From contig OZ316894.1 of assembly GCA_973895155.1 (NCBI GenBank), positions 23,682,709-23,746,708 of the forward strand: a stretch of DNA of 64,000 bases, read 5' to 3'. The notes below the pieces were generated by a model that saw only the letters and a list, made by a program, of their open reading frames with translations, made no database searches and was not told the origin of the DNA. The DNA is from Marsupella aquatica (Eukaryota > Plantae > Marchantiophyta). This document shows positions 26,223 to 39,439 of this stretch, piece by piece; the first letter of the stretch is position 1; each line of letters opens with the position of its first letter. Made by a program: the position numbers and the translations under genes.

Positions 26223-27752
26223 GTTAAATGCTTGGATTAAACTTTTGCACAACCCCCATGAATTGTGACACCCTTTTACACTCTGTTTGGTATGCGATTG
26301 GAGCTTTGATGGACCTTCACATTTGCCAGAATGCTTGTATAAACTTTTGCACCGGGATAGACTGCAGCGAAACTCTTGTTCTACTTATATGGTCCATATT
26401 ACAGCAAAGGCGAGGGTCAATGAATGGGATTCATGAAATGTACATTTTCACAAGAGGATAATGTCGTTTGGTAAAACAAAATAGTGTCTCAAAGTAGTCT
26501 GTGGGTTACAACTGTCCATATAAGCATCTTGTGAAACCTTGTGGTCTATGGGAAGTTTCTTTAGCTTGCATGGTATTAATGGAACATTCATCTTAACTAT
26601 CTATAAAAAAGGTAAAGATGCATGGATGCATAGATGGGCAGAGCTTGTGAACCCTGCAAACCCCATGGACTGTGACATCCCTTACACCCTCACTTGCTGA
26701 CACTCTTCCCGCATCCAAACCTTTTCAACCATTTCACTTTCTCCATTCACTTTCTCCCTTTGCTATGTAACAAATTGGCTATTGTTGGGTTACTTAGAAG
26801 CAGTTTGGAAAATGAGCCTATCTTTGCCAATTTTATTAAGACTTTAGGGAGCAACACATTTCCAAAGACTACACCCTCAGTATACACTTTTCCTGCTTCC
26901 ACAAGCATTGACCAGAAAAAGTTTCTTCTTCAATTTCTCCCTGAGTATTCAATCAAATCAGCTACTGTTGGGCTTGTCTGTTGGGCTTGTAAGGAGGCAG
27001 CTCGGAAGATTATTCCAACTAGCCTAATATCAACAACTTCCATTTATAAAAAAATTCCAAAGATGGATGTCTTGCCTTCTTGTCACATTTCCTGTAATTT
27101 GTATCATCTGTGCAAAAACGAGGGTTTCCCTAAGGTCTATGTGGTGGGTGAGTCTCTCCAGGCATTTGCACAAACCCAGAGGTCCATACAGGCTTCTTTA
27201 ATTCCCACAAATCCACGTGGCAAACATCTTCATGCAACTTAAAAAGTTTCAGCACAGAATTAATAGAGTTGCATCACCTTCATTCAGCTCAATTCTTCAA
27301 CACCTGATTGAACACATTGAGAGAATTGTGTGTTGTTGGGCTATTTTCACAGAGGTAGGACAACCTCTATTCTAAAGGTTACAATCTTTTGAGTTGATCC
27401 ACACTCTGGTTAAAAACTCATTGGATTATGTACAGTAGACTGAGGATAATGTACATACTGAGCTGGCTTTTGGGACTACCAGCCAACTAACTGATCTGAA
27501 TCGTAGTCTTTTAGTCTATTTAGACTATATTCGTGGTTTATTACAGTGTTGTTGCACATCTTTGCCCACGTTGCTTCCCAATCATGTAGAAGTTTCCATT
27601 TCTGTAATGATGTAAAGTACTCCTAGTACTTAAAACTTTGCACTGGCTGCAGCTTGCACGAGGATACATTGGGCATAGCTTGGATTCACATGACCACGCT
27701 GAGTAGGGTTGGATTCACTATGTACAGTTTTCAATCTAGTGAGAACATCTCT

Positions 27753-30608
27753 CTAGAGCTCGAGCTCTTTTGTTCTTTGCAGCACAAGTAGTAGATACTG
27801 CTCTGCCATCGTTGACTGAAGCACCACGTTCATGCCATAGGAGGAGGCTTGCATCTTTGCTTCCATCATCATCTCTTGATTGTCATCAATCAACACCAAT
27901 TTACCTTGTTGATGAAGTTTGGCTCTCACAGAACAGTAGAGTCGTCCAAAGTCTTGAATCACGTCAAGACCTAGGCATAAGATGGTCACATCCAAGCTAC
28001 CTGGCAGGGTATGCGGTAAGTGGTCAAAACTCTTATTCAGGACCGCTGTCAAATTGAGCACAGCCTCATGCTTGGCAAGGCGTCGAGTGTGTTCCACCCA
28101 GGTACGCTTCCGGGTGACAGCATAGCAATCGATTTCCTTAAAATGCTTGGCCACTTGAATGGACATCAGCCCTGCTCCAGCACAAAGGTCAGCAAATTTT
28201 GTGGACGGATGCACTAGTGTGGACAAGAAAGAACAGACTTCCTGGAAGTTTGTTCGGTTTTGAGAGAAGGACGTGTACCGCTCAGCTGCATCTTCATCTC
28301 TTGGGGAAGTCGGGCACGATATCTGCTTGTATGGTGCCATGATTTTCCCCTGAGATCCACTTATATGACTAGAAGGATTTCCATTTTCTAGAAGGCAAAC
28401 TATTGCTTGTTGCAACACGAAGGACTTGTCCAGGAGTATGAAAATGAGGTTTTCCACCTGCCAGCGCAAATGAGCTTCTGCTCTGTATTCACACCATAGT
28501 TGCAGCAGTCGAGTCCCAAGGGCGTAAGCTTTCATTTCTGCAAACTGGACACAGACGTCACAACTTGTTACTGCTATGGTCAGGCAAGTGCAAATACCCT
28601 TGAGAGTCATGGTAGAACTTTTCCCATTTTGTAAGAAATCCATAAGAACATTGAAAGATGTAGGCCTCCGCATGCTGGCCAAAAAACTCTTGTAGCCAGC
28701 TAATTCTGCAAGGATCAACATGGCTGTCTGGTAAGTATGGGGATCACCACTGTGATGGGCTGAGCGAGCAAGCTCTAAAACAATCAAGGAGGGATTCACC
28801 GGCCACAAATCGGCAACCTGCATGGCCACCTTTTTGCTCTTTTGACAAAATTTTGCCAGAGTCTTGGCTGACAATGCAGCCAGTCTATTGGGAAACGAGG
28901 AAAGCAAAGGGACAAACAATCCCCAGGCATGTGCCTGATCTAAAACCTCGACGGAGTTGCTGGCATTAGCCATGAGATCCATGGCTCGAAGAGCATTCAA
29001 CACCAAAATGTGACCGTATCCTGACAGCAAGTTGAAGTCCCTCAACGTGCACTCATGAACTTCGGAAAAATCACTGACATTGGTGGTGATTTCTTCGCAG
29101 ATAAGCTCTAAGTCTTCGTCCCAGATAGAAGATGATGTCGCAACTTTTTCTGGAGCTTGATCGCTCTCTCTAGCGAGAAGGAACGCAACTGCCTTAAGGA
29201 CGCTACCGTCAACAAAAAGAGAAAAGAGAGAGGGCTCAGTGGAGTTGCAAGGCTCTTCTATAGAAACGCCCAAAGGAACAATTGCCTTAGGAACCTCCCA
29301 ATCCTCGGTTTGCCTCATTTTCTCGAATTCTAACAACGCTGTGATTGCTTGGGCCCCCTGAACACGAGTGATCTGCTTGCCCGCTCCGCAAGCACGGGTC
29401 AAGCCCGCACACAAGTCTTGTAAGTATGAACAGCCTGAGAGGTATGATTCTAAGCGTGGGTCTAGAGCCAGTTTGAAAAACAGGCTAACAGAGCTAGCAT
29501 GTTCCGTAACTGAACCTAAGTGCATCGACTTCAGGAGCACTGGCATAAGATTTTCGTGCATTAGGAAAGTAAGAGTCTGCTGGGCCTTGAACGACGCGAT
29601 TATATCCAGAAGGCCTACTGCAGTGCTCCTCATAGCTAGACGAGAATCTTGGAAAGATTTAGCAAGAACAGGGAGGGGTTGGGCTTGCAGGAACGTCCTG
29701 ATGTTTATCTCATCTCCATCTTGCATTGCTTCGTGGAGGATCTCCAACACAAGGAGATCTTGGTGTTCATAGGCGGAAAGCAACGTAGAAAAGCCCGAGC
29801 CTTGCCCCAGCATTTGACGCATTTCCTGACCACCTTCTCGGACAAAGCACTGCAGCTCTTTCAACCGCTCTACAATGACAATAGTGTCAAAATCTTTCCT
29901 CTCTTCTTGTGTAGATTTCGCTGTGGTCCTATAACTTCTCGTTCGTATTCTCCTCCAATGGTCCAATTCATCTGCTTTCCAGATAGCTCCTGCTGAGCCT
30001 GGTTCGTCAAGTACTCTTGCGATTACTCGGAAGCATTCCCTAATTCTACCCAGAAGCTGTGCTGGAGTTACTCGTTTGTCACCCTTCACAAACGGACGAG
30101 GGGGTAGCCTGCTCCCCTTCTCTATCAGGACGTTGTGATGCTGGGCCCGTCTAATAATCTCAGCCTCTCGCCTGCATCTTGCTCGGAGCTTCTCAAGATG
30201 GGTTGTTCTCTTAGGACACAGCTTTTTGGCCTGTCTAAGGTCAGCCACGGCCTCGGCAAAGCAACCCCGCTCTCGACAGGCTGCTGCTCGGAGAGCATAA
30301 GCTCTCCACACCTTGGGTTGCAGCCTGATGATCTTGCTACAATCATGAATGACATCGTCGTACATTTCTAGCTTCATGTAAGCATTGGCTCTGTAGCACA
30401 AGAGAGGGACGGTGACCTCGTGCTGCAATGCTTGGGAGTAAAACTGCACTGCCAGCTGCACCTCCCCATGACGCATAGCCTCATTGCCCTTGTCACGCAG
30501 CACAATACCAAATCGAGCATCGTTGCCGTGATGATGATTCCTCGTTATCTCTGTGACATCATTGTGTATATGGCTGGGCTCTTCCACTCTCCTTCTGGTC
30601 AACGTCAT
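27753..30608 (-). CDS. Intronless ~950-aa protein: 3 TPR motifs + ARM/HEAT-like helical region (TTC12/UNC-45-like layout) + C-terminal class I SAM methyltransferase-like domain
   Basis: Uninterrupted ORF; first ATG at 30608 (the ORF track start at 30623 is TTG). TPRs: RDKGNEAMRHGEVQLAVQFYSQAL, YRANAYMKLEMYDDVIHDCSKII, RAYALRAAACRERGCFAEAVADLRQAKKLCP. The middle is Leu-rich and helical. MTase motifs: FADLCAGAG, LPGSLDVTI, LHQQGKLVLID. Confidence 0.85.
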   Translation of the reverse strand: MTLTRRRVEEPSHIHNDVTEITRNHHHGNDARFGIVLRDKGNEAMRHGEVQLAVQFYSQALQHEVTVPLLCYRANAYMKLEMYDDVIHDCSKIIRLQPKVWRAYALRAAACRERGCFAEAVADLRQAKKLCPKRTTHLEKLRARCRREAEIIRRAQHHNVLIEKGSRLPPRPFVKGDKRVTPAQLLGRIRECFRVIARVLDEPGSAGAIWKADELDHWRRIRTRSYRTTAKSTQEERKDFDTIVIVERLKELQCFVREGGQEMRQMLGQGSGFSTLLSAYEHQDLLVLEILHEAMQDGDEINIRTFLQAQPLPVLAKSFQDSRLAMRSTAVGLLDIIASFKAQQTLTFLMHENLMPVLLKSMHLGSVTEHASSVSLFFKLALDPRLESYLSGCSYLQDLCAGLTRACGAGKQITRVQGAQAITALLEFEKMRQTEDWEVPKAIVPLGVSIEEPCNSTEPSLFSLFVDGSVLKAVAFLLARESDQAPEKVATSSSIWDEDLELICEEITTNVSDFSEVHECTLRDFNLLSGYGHILVLNALRAMDLMANASNSVEVLDQAHAWGLFVPLLSSFPNRLAALSAKTLAKFCQKSKKVAMQVADLWPVNPSLIVLELARSAHHSGDPHTYQTAMLILAELAGYKSFLASMRRPTSFNVLMDFLQNGKSSTMTLKGICTCLTIAVTSCDVCVQFAEMKAYALGTRLLQLWCEYRAEAHLRWQVENLIFILLDKSFVLQQAIVCLLENGNPSSHISGSQGKIMAPYKQISCPTSPRDEDAAERYTSFSQNRTNFQEVCSFLSTLVHPSTKFADLCAGAGLMSIQVAKHFKEIDCYAVTRKRTWVEHTRRLAKHEAVLNLTAVLNKSFDHLPHTLPGSLDVTILCLGLDVIQDFGRLYCSVRAKLHQQGKLVLIDDNQEMMMEAKMQASSYGMNVVLQSTMAEQYLLLVLQRTKELEL

Positions 30609-33600
30609 CTTGCGCAGACTCAAACCACTCAGCAGGTGATACTCGACATAGATGTTTCATGCATCTATTCATTCATTGGTCCGGCCGGAATGTGAATAAC
30701 GGTTAATGTGCATACTCCTCTCCACTGTGCATTCTTCATTGGACTCTATCTATTCTTCAAGTAAGATGTTGCAAAAGAAGACTTGATCGGGCCTCTCTCT
30801 GCAAAACAATCCTCCAACGGGTAATGAACTATCTAATGTACTTGATCGCAATCCAATTTCGCAGCTCTGCAATTCAATTTCTTTTCTTCGCAATCCAACT
30901 GTTATGCAGGCCTAACGGTTCTAAAACTACTCAATTGAATCGTAAGCGAGGCGTTTCAGGGCAGAGCACCTTTGGCAAAGCAAGAACTACTGAGCTTCGC
31001 GATCATCTCGAGATTTCCCTGGGAGTCGCTCAAGCTGACCACTACGTGAATAGACTTGATTTTGAACCAGCTAAGGTCCCACCAGAACCCTTTCTCCGTC
31101 GGGAGGTCTACATACAATTCGTCTGCGCCATTCAGCAATATGTAGGACTTCGTCAGCAGCCCTTGCAAGATCCTCGGTTTGGTGACATGTTATCTGCGCA
31201 ATCGGGACGTCTATCGTCTTGGTACGATGAAGGATGCGGGAGAGAGTTCGAGGACGATAATGCTCGCAGCCCACAGTTCTTTGTGCATACCACAGTTGCG
31301 AATTTGGGATCGTAAACTACTGTAGGCTAGCCTGAAGACTGGGTGGATGTCATGAGCTATCTCATGAGGATCTTGATGAATCAAATCCCTGCTGGGGAAA
31401 GAGCGTCGAGATTCAATGACCAGCTACAGCTGTAGTCTCAACCGAAGGATAACGAAGTCGTTCTATCTAAGTTCATGCTCAGGGAACTTTTGTAAAAGCC
31501 AACCTAACATATACAACTTTGCGTCTAATTGCAGTCCTTCAGATGACGTTGAGTGCATGCTCGCTGACAACAGGATTGAGAACGAGGTTGAAAATAAGCA
31601 CAACCCAGGACAGAAAGATTACAAAGCTGAAGAAGGCTGAGAATTGAGGCAAAGATATCACTGAAAATGAACGAAATCTCAAGTGAGAAGAAATTGAATG
31701 AATGAAGACTTTGATTGAGAAATCGAATGCAAGGAAATTGAATGAGAAGTCTGGATGAAAAAAACAAATATGAATGACAAGAGACGCAGAGCAGAAATGA
31801 ACAACGAATTGTATGAGAAAAATGAACCATAGAAATGAGAATAAAGAAACAAGAAATGAATCAGAAGAATCAAGCGAGCAGAATGAAAAGACATCTAACG
31901 AAATCAAGTCGATAACCTTCAACCTGAAAGAAGAAATATACCAAAACCTTCAAAATGAAAGAATAAAGAGACGATAAGCCTCAATCTGAGAGAAGAAAGA
32001 GACGCGAACCTGCTAACTGAACGAAGAAACAGAGAGGTGAGTAACGATGAGCGACTCAGAGAGCAACGTTGGGAAGTTAGCTGCGTGTTTGTTCAGTGCG
32101 ATCTTAAAATCTATGGTGCGCGTTACACCTATCTACTGAGTTGTCTGATGCTCTAAATGAATCGACGAGATGGATTTGAAAGAACGAAGAAAATCACAAC
32201 CTCTAGTCATCACAGTTTCCTGGCGGAAGAAGTGATCGGCGAGAAAGTAATCCAAAGAAACCAAATCGAATATTGTGCATGTGAAATCGAACAAAACAAC
32301 GAAGAGGAGTCAGAAAGAAGCTCGGAAATGAGAATAAGCCCCACTGGTTCATGGTGAAGTATTCAAGAATTGCTACAAGAAGCGGGGAAGAGGAGGTGCG
32401 CCCTGGAGGTAACAGAGTCGAAGGAGAACGAGGATAAGGTAGTAGGTGAGGTGATAATTATGTATGCAGGATGTAAGACCTAGCGTCGAATCGAAGAGAA
32501 GGTGGAGGGGTTTTTCTCTCTTGGCTTTGTTTATTAACCGCTTTCGGGAGGAGAGGGGATTACGGTTGGAGGATCTTGGCGAGGGGGAATGATGCTCGGC
32601 CCGGCAGGTAAGTGGAGAGGCTAGGCGGATCGACAGGCAAGCGGGCTGGGTCATGATGTCATCGTCCCTGCAGGAAAGATCGAGAAGTGAAGAGCATGAT
32701 GAGAAAGTCGAGGGGAGAATGGACTCCTTCGAAATCTTCGAGGCAAAAAGAAAGTCGAGAGGAGACGTAGCCCAACCTTCACCGAGACTGTAATCAATTG
32801 GAGGCTTCTGCTTCTGATGCAGTAATTTGGGAGAGCAATGTCGATGATCAAAGAATTATCGTCTTATTATTATAACCTTATCATCATATCAAAGAACGGC
32901 CCAAAATTCCAAAAATCTTATGTGTGGGGAGGAGGGTAGAACGATGTTTCCCTTACTAGATGAGATCTCCGCCCTGAAAACTCGAAAGCCAACGACGCCA
33001 TTCGTTGCATGACCTTTGCTGACTTATTAGACGGATGTTTGCTGTAGTTCCTCACCAAGTTCATTTTCCTCAGGTCGAGATGGCCTCTCTCTGCATGAGC
33101 TTTGCTGACTTAGTACCTCACTTAAGTGGGATGTTTGCTCTGGTTCCTCACCAGGTTTCGCTTTCTTCTGGTCGAGATAACCTTCTCTGGTATTTAGTGT
33201 TCATACCTACAGTGCAGCTTCAGTCGGTACTCGATATATGTTTTAGTCTCGATGGTCTCTGAGACTCTCAATCGGGCCAAGCGTTTTTGTAGACAGGTAT
33301 TGTAATTGAAGTGTTAGAAGAATGATGCATCATCAGTGCTGTCTGCAGTGATCCAGTCCCAGGATTTTCGGGCGACAGGACACTGAGCTGTGAAGTATGC
33401 CACTGTCAAAGAACTCGTTGTGGGCCATATCCAACTGTCAAAGAATTCGTTGTGCATGGGATGTTGTCAAGAGAATGATGTCACTAATCTTGCGGGAAGA
33501 TGAGTGGCTTGTCCAGTTGAGTCTGCCTGTGTTCGTTACAGTGTAAACAAAACTGAGAAAAGGCATTTACATTGGATCCGCTACAAAACTCCTCAACCTC

Positions 33601-36569
33601 AGGCTACTGCCTTACATCGAGGGTGATGTACGCGGCCGAAATACGACGGAAAACACACTGAAGTGCGACCAAATTATATTCAAATGTACACCAGAAGTAA
33701 TCCTCGCAGCTGATGTCACTAGTATCAATGGCAACAGCCTCAGAAGTGCCGACTGAACATATTGGCGAATTCAACTAACTCTTCTAGCTTCCACAAGTCT
33801 AAAACTTTGAAGGACCGGTCGTCCATCCCACTGCACGTGTTGATGGTTGCCTAGAATCTCAGGCTACCGGCTCATCCTGACTTCTACATTAACAAATAGC
33901 CCAAAAATGACAGGAAGGAAGGATTGTACATGAACGAGTCCGCGATCGTTTCCTCCTATGGTTTGCTAATGACCGCTGGGCCCCAGTGTGTCCTACTTAT
34001 AAAGTTTTTCAGTTCCTGCAAATACAAAGACAACGACAATAGCACCAAAATCAGTACATCTCCCAGTCCGGGTAGAATTAAGAAGCAATACCCCGTTTAT
34101 ATACCCAACTACTGATGCATGTCTTTCTTTTTCACAGTTTTCTTTCAGCTATAATTTCAGCTATAACAGTTTATTGTTCATAATTTCAGCTATAACCGTT
34201 TTGAAAGAATCTGTGCTCTGGACAAGCCACCTGAACACTGCCAGCTCAACCAGACCTCAAGAACAATTGAACTAGAAATTGTCACAATTACAGCGGATTG
34301 CCCACGAAATTAAATAGCTGGCGTTCAGAACAGCTGAATCCAGGTGACTGTTCAAGTTAAGGTGACGCAAGATTCTTAAATTCGCGCCAAGGTAACGAAA
34401 GGTCAATGGGACGATTAAGAAACTCCAATTTAAGTCCAAGACAATTAAGGAGACAATTGAGAACAAACTACCCCATTGCACAGCACAGTAGTCGACCTCG
34501 CAGAATTAATAGTTTGGACCATCTGTATTCGTTCTATTGGAGAAACCAGAGAAATAAATTTAAACCATAGGAAGAAAGGAAGTCCAGCCAAAAGTGACCA
34601 AAAACAACAGGAAAGATAACAAACACCCTGTACAGCCTACTGTGGTCCAAACCTACTTTAAGTCGATAATAATACGTAAAGACGATGCATCATCGAAATT
34701 CGGGATCCGGAGAAAATCAAACGAATATGCTGCCATAGAAGCAGAGTTTCAAAGTCTAGTATCTATCATGTGCAACATTTCCATACTTTTACTTAATAGA
34801 CTGAAAGCCGTACAAGACCGCCAGACGAGAAATAACCATCCGATCATCACAGAGAGAACACATCATCTTGAGATATATATATATGCACCCATAACCACGA
34901 GAACAAGATTTGAAGGATAGACGTGGCATAAAACTCCTTCTACATCTCCATCGTTGTATACTCTACAATCACATTTGCGAAAATGCTTGGATCACCTATG
35001 TAAAGTATTCTGGGACGAATAATCACAAAGTAAATTGTTTTTGTGATAACTCTTATCACATAGGGGGAAACACTGACTTATAGTAAATAATCAAATCATG
35101 GCTGGACTACATCAAGCAATTAATATTTCGCAGACGGTAAAAATAATGTCAAACTACCTAAATTGATTGTGACAATTTATCGCTGACCTAATAGACACAT
35201 ATTTTCCCTATACTATCTACATGTCCATCTACACATATGATTTAAACACTCATGCTCTGTTTTCCTACACCGATTGAACAGTCACTTCGATCCACTTTCC
35301 TGGAATGCTACAAATCTATCCTTGCTTTGCGTTTACCGACAGGAGCACAATAATTTTCCACTTAACTTCAAAACTCGTTCAAGGACCCCCAGCTTTCCCG
35401 GCAGAAACCGTCTCCCAGAAACGACCAACTCATGCTAGATGAGACCTCATATCTCGCTGGGCAAGGAACTATGCAGTGGCTCTCCTAAAAAGAATGGAGT
35501 ACGAAATACAAGACTAAGAGACTCCTACTCTACTCCTTATCTGATACTCGAAATTATAAAAAGCTTGACCAGCAGTGGAGTGTTATACAAGCTTGGACAG
35601 TAACATGGGAAGTTCTGATAGTTTTATCTTCGTCTAATTGAACACCAAATAACCATTAAATTCATGAAAGATGAGTTCACGTCGACTCAGCTAATCATTC
35701 TTTCAAACTCATCAGTGTTCCATCACCTCAGGATGTGACAAAAATTGGTAGACCAGACAGACCGACTTTCAGTATGACGTTCCCGTTTCTTCGGTTGTGG
35801 AGTACGCACCCTTTTGGGAGTCACCCCACTGACTCTACGGCCAGCTGTAATCACATTCGGAGTCATCCACAACCGCTAAGAACTCGCAAGTTCAAATTGA
35901 AGGGGACCGATGCCTGCCAGTTGTTAGGGAGCTCTGAATTGTGCTCTGAACAGTGCTAATTTAGCAGTCTTGTGAGTTGAGGCTCTGGTGTTATGTTTCT
36001 TTCACATAAACCATGAAACAAGGCAGCACTGAAAGAAACAGCCTCGAACAAAGCCTTAACGTCATTTGTGCACATGACCTAAGCTTCGAATCTTGGATTG
36101 AATGCTTTCACATCGCTGTTAGCTGGACTGTTAGCACACTCTCAGTTTTCTCGTAAAACTGTTCTCCAATTTGGACTCCAGTGTGACAGACATTAATCTT
36201 AGGTTACTATTAGACGGCCGCCTCTTTGTTGGAGTCCAAGATGGAAAATTGACCCATGGACATGGATCGACCACTAAAGAGTAAATGCTCGAAATACATG
36301 AACCACTCTCAATTTAATACAGTAGCACTGGTCATCTCGACTCTCAGCCCATATTTTAAGTTGAATTAACCTGTGGTTACTCGTCTACTAGCTCCGAATG
36401 ATTCAGTTAAGTTTCTTCTGCTCAACGTACTTCTGAGTCTTCGGTACCCGGGACGTCATACATCTCTTCCATTGAATGAGTAGCAAGTAAATAGAACCAT
36501 GATTGGTTCCGGTCGTGTACAAAATCGTAGCCGCAGAATAAATGTCAGCAAGCAAAACATCATGCTTCT

Positions 36570-39439
36570 AAGTCCTTACCCGCACCAGCATTACTCCAGA
36601 GACTCGGTGACAACTTTTCATCGTCCTCAGTTTGCTTTGCGTTTACTCCACCCTCAGCTGAAAGAAGAGGATCGCTCTCGCTTTCGTTGAAGTCCTGCAA
36701 AACGACAATAAAATAGACTCGTCCTTGTCATGCACCCTTGCCAGTTGAATGAACTTAACACTAAAAGACAGTGTAAGCGATTTGAGCAGACAAGTTCTCT
36801 TTCTCCCTGTCTGTGGATCAAATCTACAAAGCACATAGTTTCTCACCTGTACAGCCTGCCCGGCTTCAACCGACTTTTGCTGGCTTTCAACTATACAGGC
36901 ATATGAATACAATGCCATCCCGACAACAGCGATTGCAATGCCGAAGATATTTCTCCAGCTGAAAGGATTCCTCAGTAAGATGTACCCGAAGGCCAAGACC
37001 AGGCAAGTCTTTAAATGGCCCAAAACTTGATAAGTCACTGGAGAAGTCTTTCCAATGACAAGAAAAGTGCTGAAGTTGACTGACACCGAAATGACACAGG
37101 ATAATGTGATGAAAAACTGCCAGAGCAACAAGGTCGGTTAGACATTCCGTCAATAAGCGGCAAAGGTGAACTCAGTAAAAACACTAAGAATTATCATATT
37201 TAAGAATGAGTTCTACTAAGATGGAGAACAAAATGACATTGCTTTCAAACCAGATTCTGACCGCTGGGACAGACTTACCAAGACCTTCATGGTGTATTCA
37301 AAGGCAAACACGTTTTGATTGGTGAGGGCAGCATCTAGGAATGGGCCGATTAGGAAAAGGGTTGTAGCCTGGTAAGGGCATGACTGGTACAGCAGCTGTG
37401 TGGATGATACTTTAAATCGTTTTTGAATAGTATTAGTCATCTGCGTGCCTTGGTTAAGGATACTTGGTTCAATGTGGCAACCTCTTGCACAGGCCATCTT
37501 TATCGCATGTAAATCTTGATTTCCAACGACTTCTCGGCCGACAGAGAAATCCACCTTTCCAACTGTAGGCACACCCTACTACATTACTACCCTCTCGGTC
37601 AAGAAAGAGAACGAACGGCATCTGACCTCTTCTACAACAGATAGAAAGATGTCACATGGACAAAAGGATACAATTTGTGCCACGCATGTTGTCACTATAG
37701 CCAACAGGGACAAGACAGAGCCGAGGGCATTCAGCTGCAGGTCTGTCACTGTTGCAATGCCGACCCCGACGAGCAGAAGGATCAGCGACATCTGGACACT
37801 CCGACTAATACAGCGAGATCCAGAATTCAGACCAACACGAATGCGAAAAGCTCATAAAATATGACAAACACATATAAAAAAGGAACCTTATGCAAAGAAA
37901 CTAATTACTCTCCTAGAACAAAATTCTCACACGGAAATAGCGCACATAAAAACTTAAAGGATCTACAAGAGCCTACGTAACCAATCGGAAGGTCATCTGA
38001 TTTAAGCATTCAAAAGTGAAACTAATTGCTCTCCACACATTTGAACCAGCAGTGCTCACTGCACAAACAAGTGTACGGCGAACGATCTTGGAAGGGTAGT
38101 CTCCTGCTTGAAAGAAAGGTCGCACATACCTGAATCGTTTCCTAAGAAACAGGGTCTCCAACAATACTGTACAGGGAATTATGGCCAGCTTCGTCATCTG
38201 GAGACAGAAACACAAATAGGTTAAAAAGAGAATCAAACATCAATAAAAAACCTTTACACCTTCAAAAAGAGGAGTTTGATGTACAACTTGATGCGAATCA
38301 AAGTCAGCCGTGACCATGCTATGATCACCAGTCCCAACTCACCTGATAAAACCCAACGGAGTTGAATCCCAAGCTCAGGTTCAGTAAACCAATGGAGATA
38401 CCGTTCAATATCCCAAAGCCCATGACTGTCCGCGAATCAAATGGCTTGTGCTCAAACAGGCTGAGCCATTGTGCAACATGTAGCGAGCAGAAAGTGACCA
38501 GCAAGTGCCAGCTTGTCAATGTCGTTGCTGGAAGTAAATGCGCAAGCAAGAAGCAAGTCAGTTAGTCGACAGAGCAATTTCATCTTAACAAAGACTGAAT
38601 CATCCACTCTTCGTACGACCAGATCTAAACAACAAGATCCCCTCGCATTTTAAATCTGTCTAGAGCACGTGGATAGATAATATGGCAGAGTCCGTGGGAC
38701 TGACGTTGCCTGCGGTGTTGAGTTTCGATTGCACATCAAACAAGGCCATCACAGCAGGTAGTATTCCACAGAGACTTTCACCGCCCACGCGACTATCACT
38801 TGGCTTTTACAAATGACAGTCTAATATCAGTCTGAATTATTGCAGACCGCGTTCTAATCATGAACATTGCCAAAATCTGGACATTCGGATGTAATCCTAA
38901 CAGCTGTCTCCAAACATCCGGAAATCTTGCACTCCAACTTACGTATGTCTCTCAGTTAGTTGGCTGTTCGGGATCTTGAGCATAACGCCTTCTGCTGCGA
39001 AGCTAAGATTTGTGTAGATAAGCGAAGAATGCAGACTTACCTACTGACCAAACTAGCGATCCCCGAGTGGTCTTGAATCAACGAACGAAATACGAGAAGA
39101 GACAGTACTGCAGCCTAGAGAGCCAAAACCCGACCGGGCCATTTGAATAGAGGCTATTAAGGGCAGGGTAAGACGGATGCTCATATGACACGCAAGCCAC
39201 GACGTTCAGACCCTGTGGAACAAATCTGCAATCCTTAACCTATTTATCTGAGTCATTTCCAAATACTTGACGCGACGACTTTCACCAGGGGTCCAGAAGG
39301 GAAGAGAGGCTGTACCAAAGCAGAATCCCAAAGTACTTATAAGAGCCTTGTTGCAGATGACAATTGAGACAGAGGAAATCACAGAGAGACTCAAGGCCCC
39401 GAAAGTTCCCAGCTGGATCCCAACCGTCTTCTCCGCCAT
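36570..39439 (-). CDS. Nucleotide-sugar transporter, UDP-xylose transporter (UXT)-like, TPT family; ~7 exons; exact 3' end uncertain
   Basis: Exons at approx. 39316-39439 (GALSLSVISSVSIVICNKAL), 38343-38528 (TTLTSWHLLVTFCSLH..LNLSLGFNSVGFYQ), 38129-38197 (MTKLAIIPCTVLLET), 37671-37802 (LLVGVGIATVTDLQLN), 37278-37440 (TNTIQKRFKVSSTQLLYQSCPYQ), 36847-37117 (SVNFSTFLVIGKTSPVTYQVLGHLKT) and ~36580-36694 (ESDPLL..LWS). Confidence 0.92.

Noticed and set aside
26694-27242. 182-aa + strand ORF
   Set aside because: Non-ATG start and no domain. It is more likely the antisense shadow of a decayed minus-strand sequence that could not be identified.
30824-32880. 163-aa ORF and AG-rich block
   Set aside because: Low complexity with no recognisable motifs or element termini.
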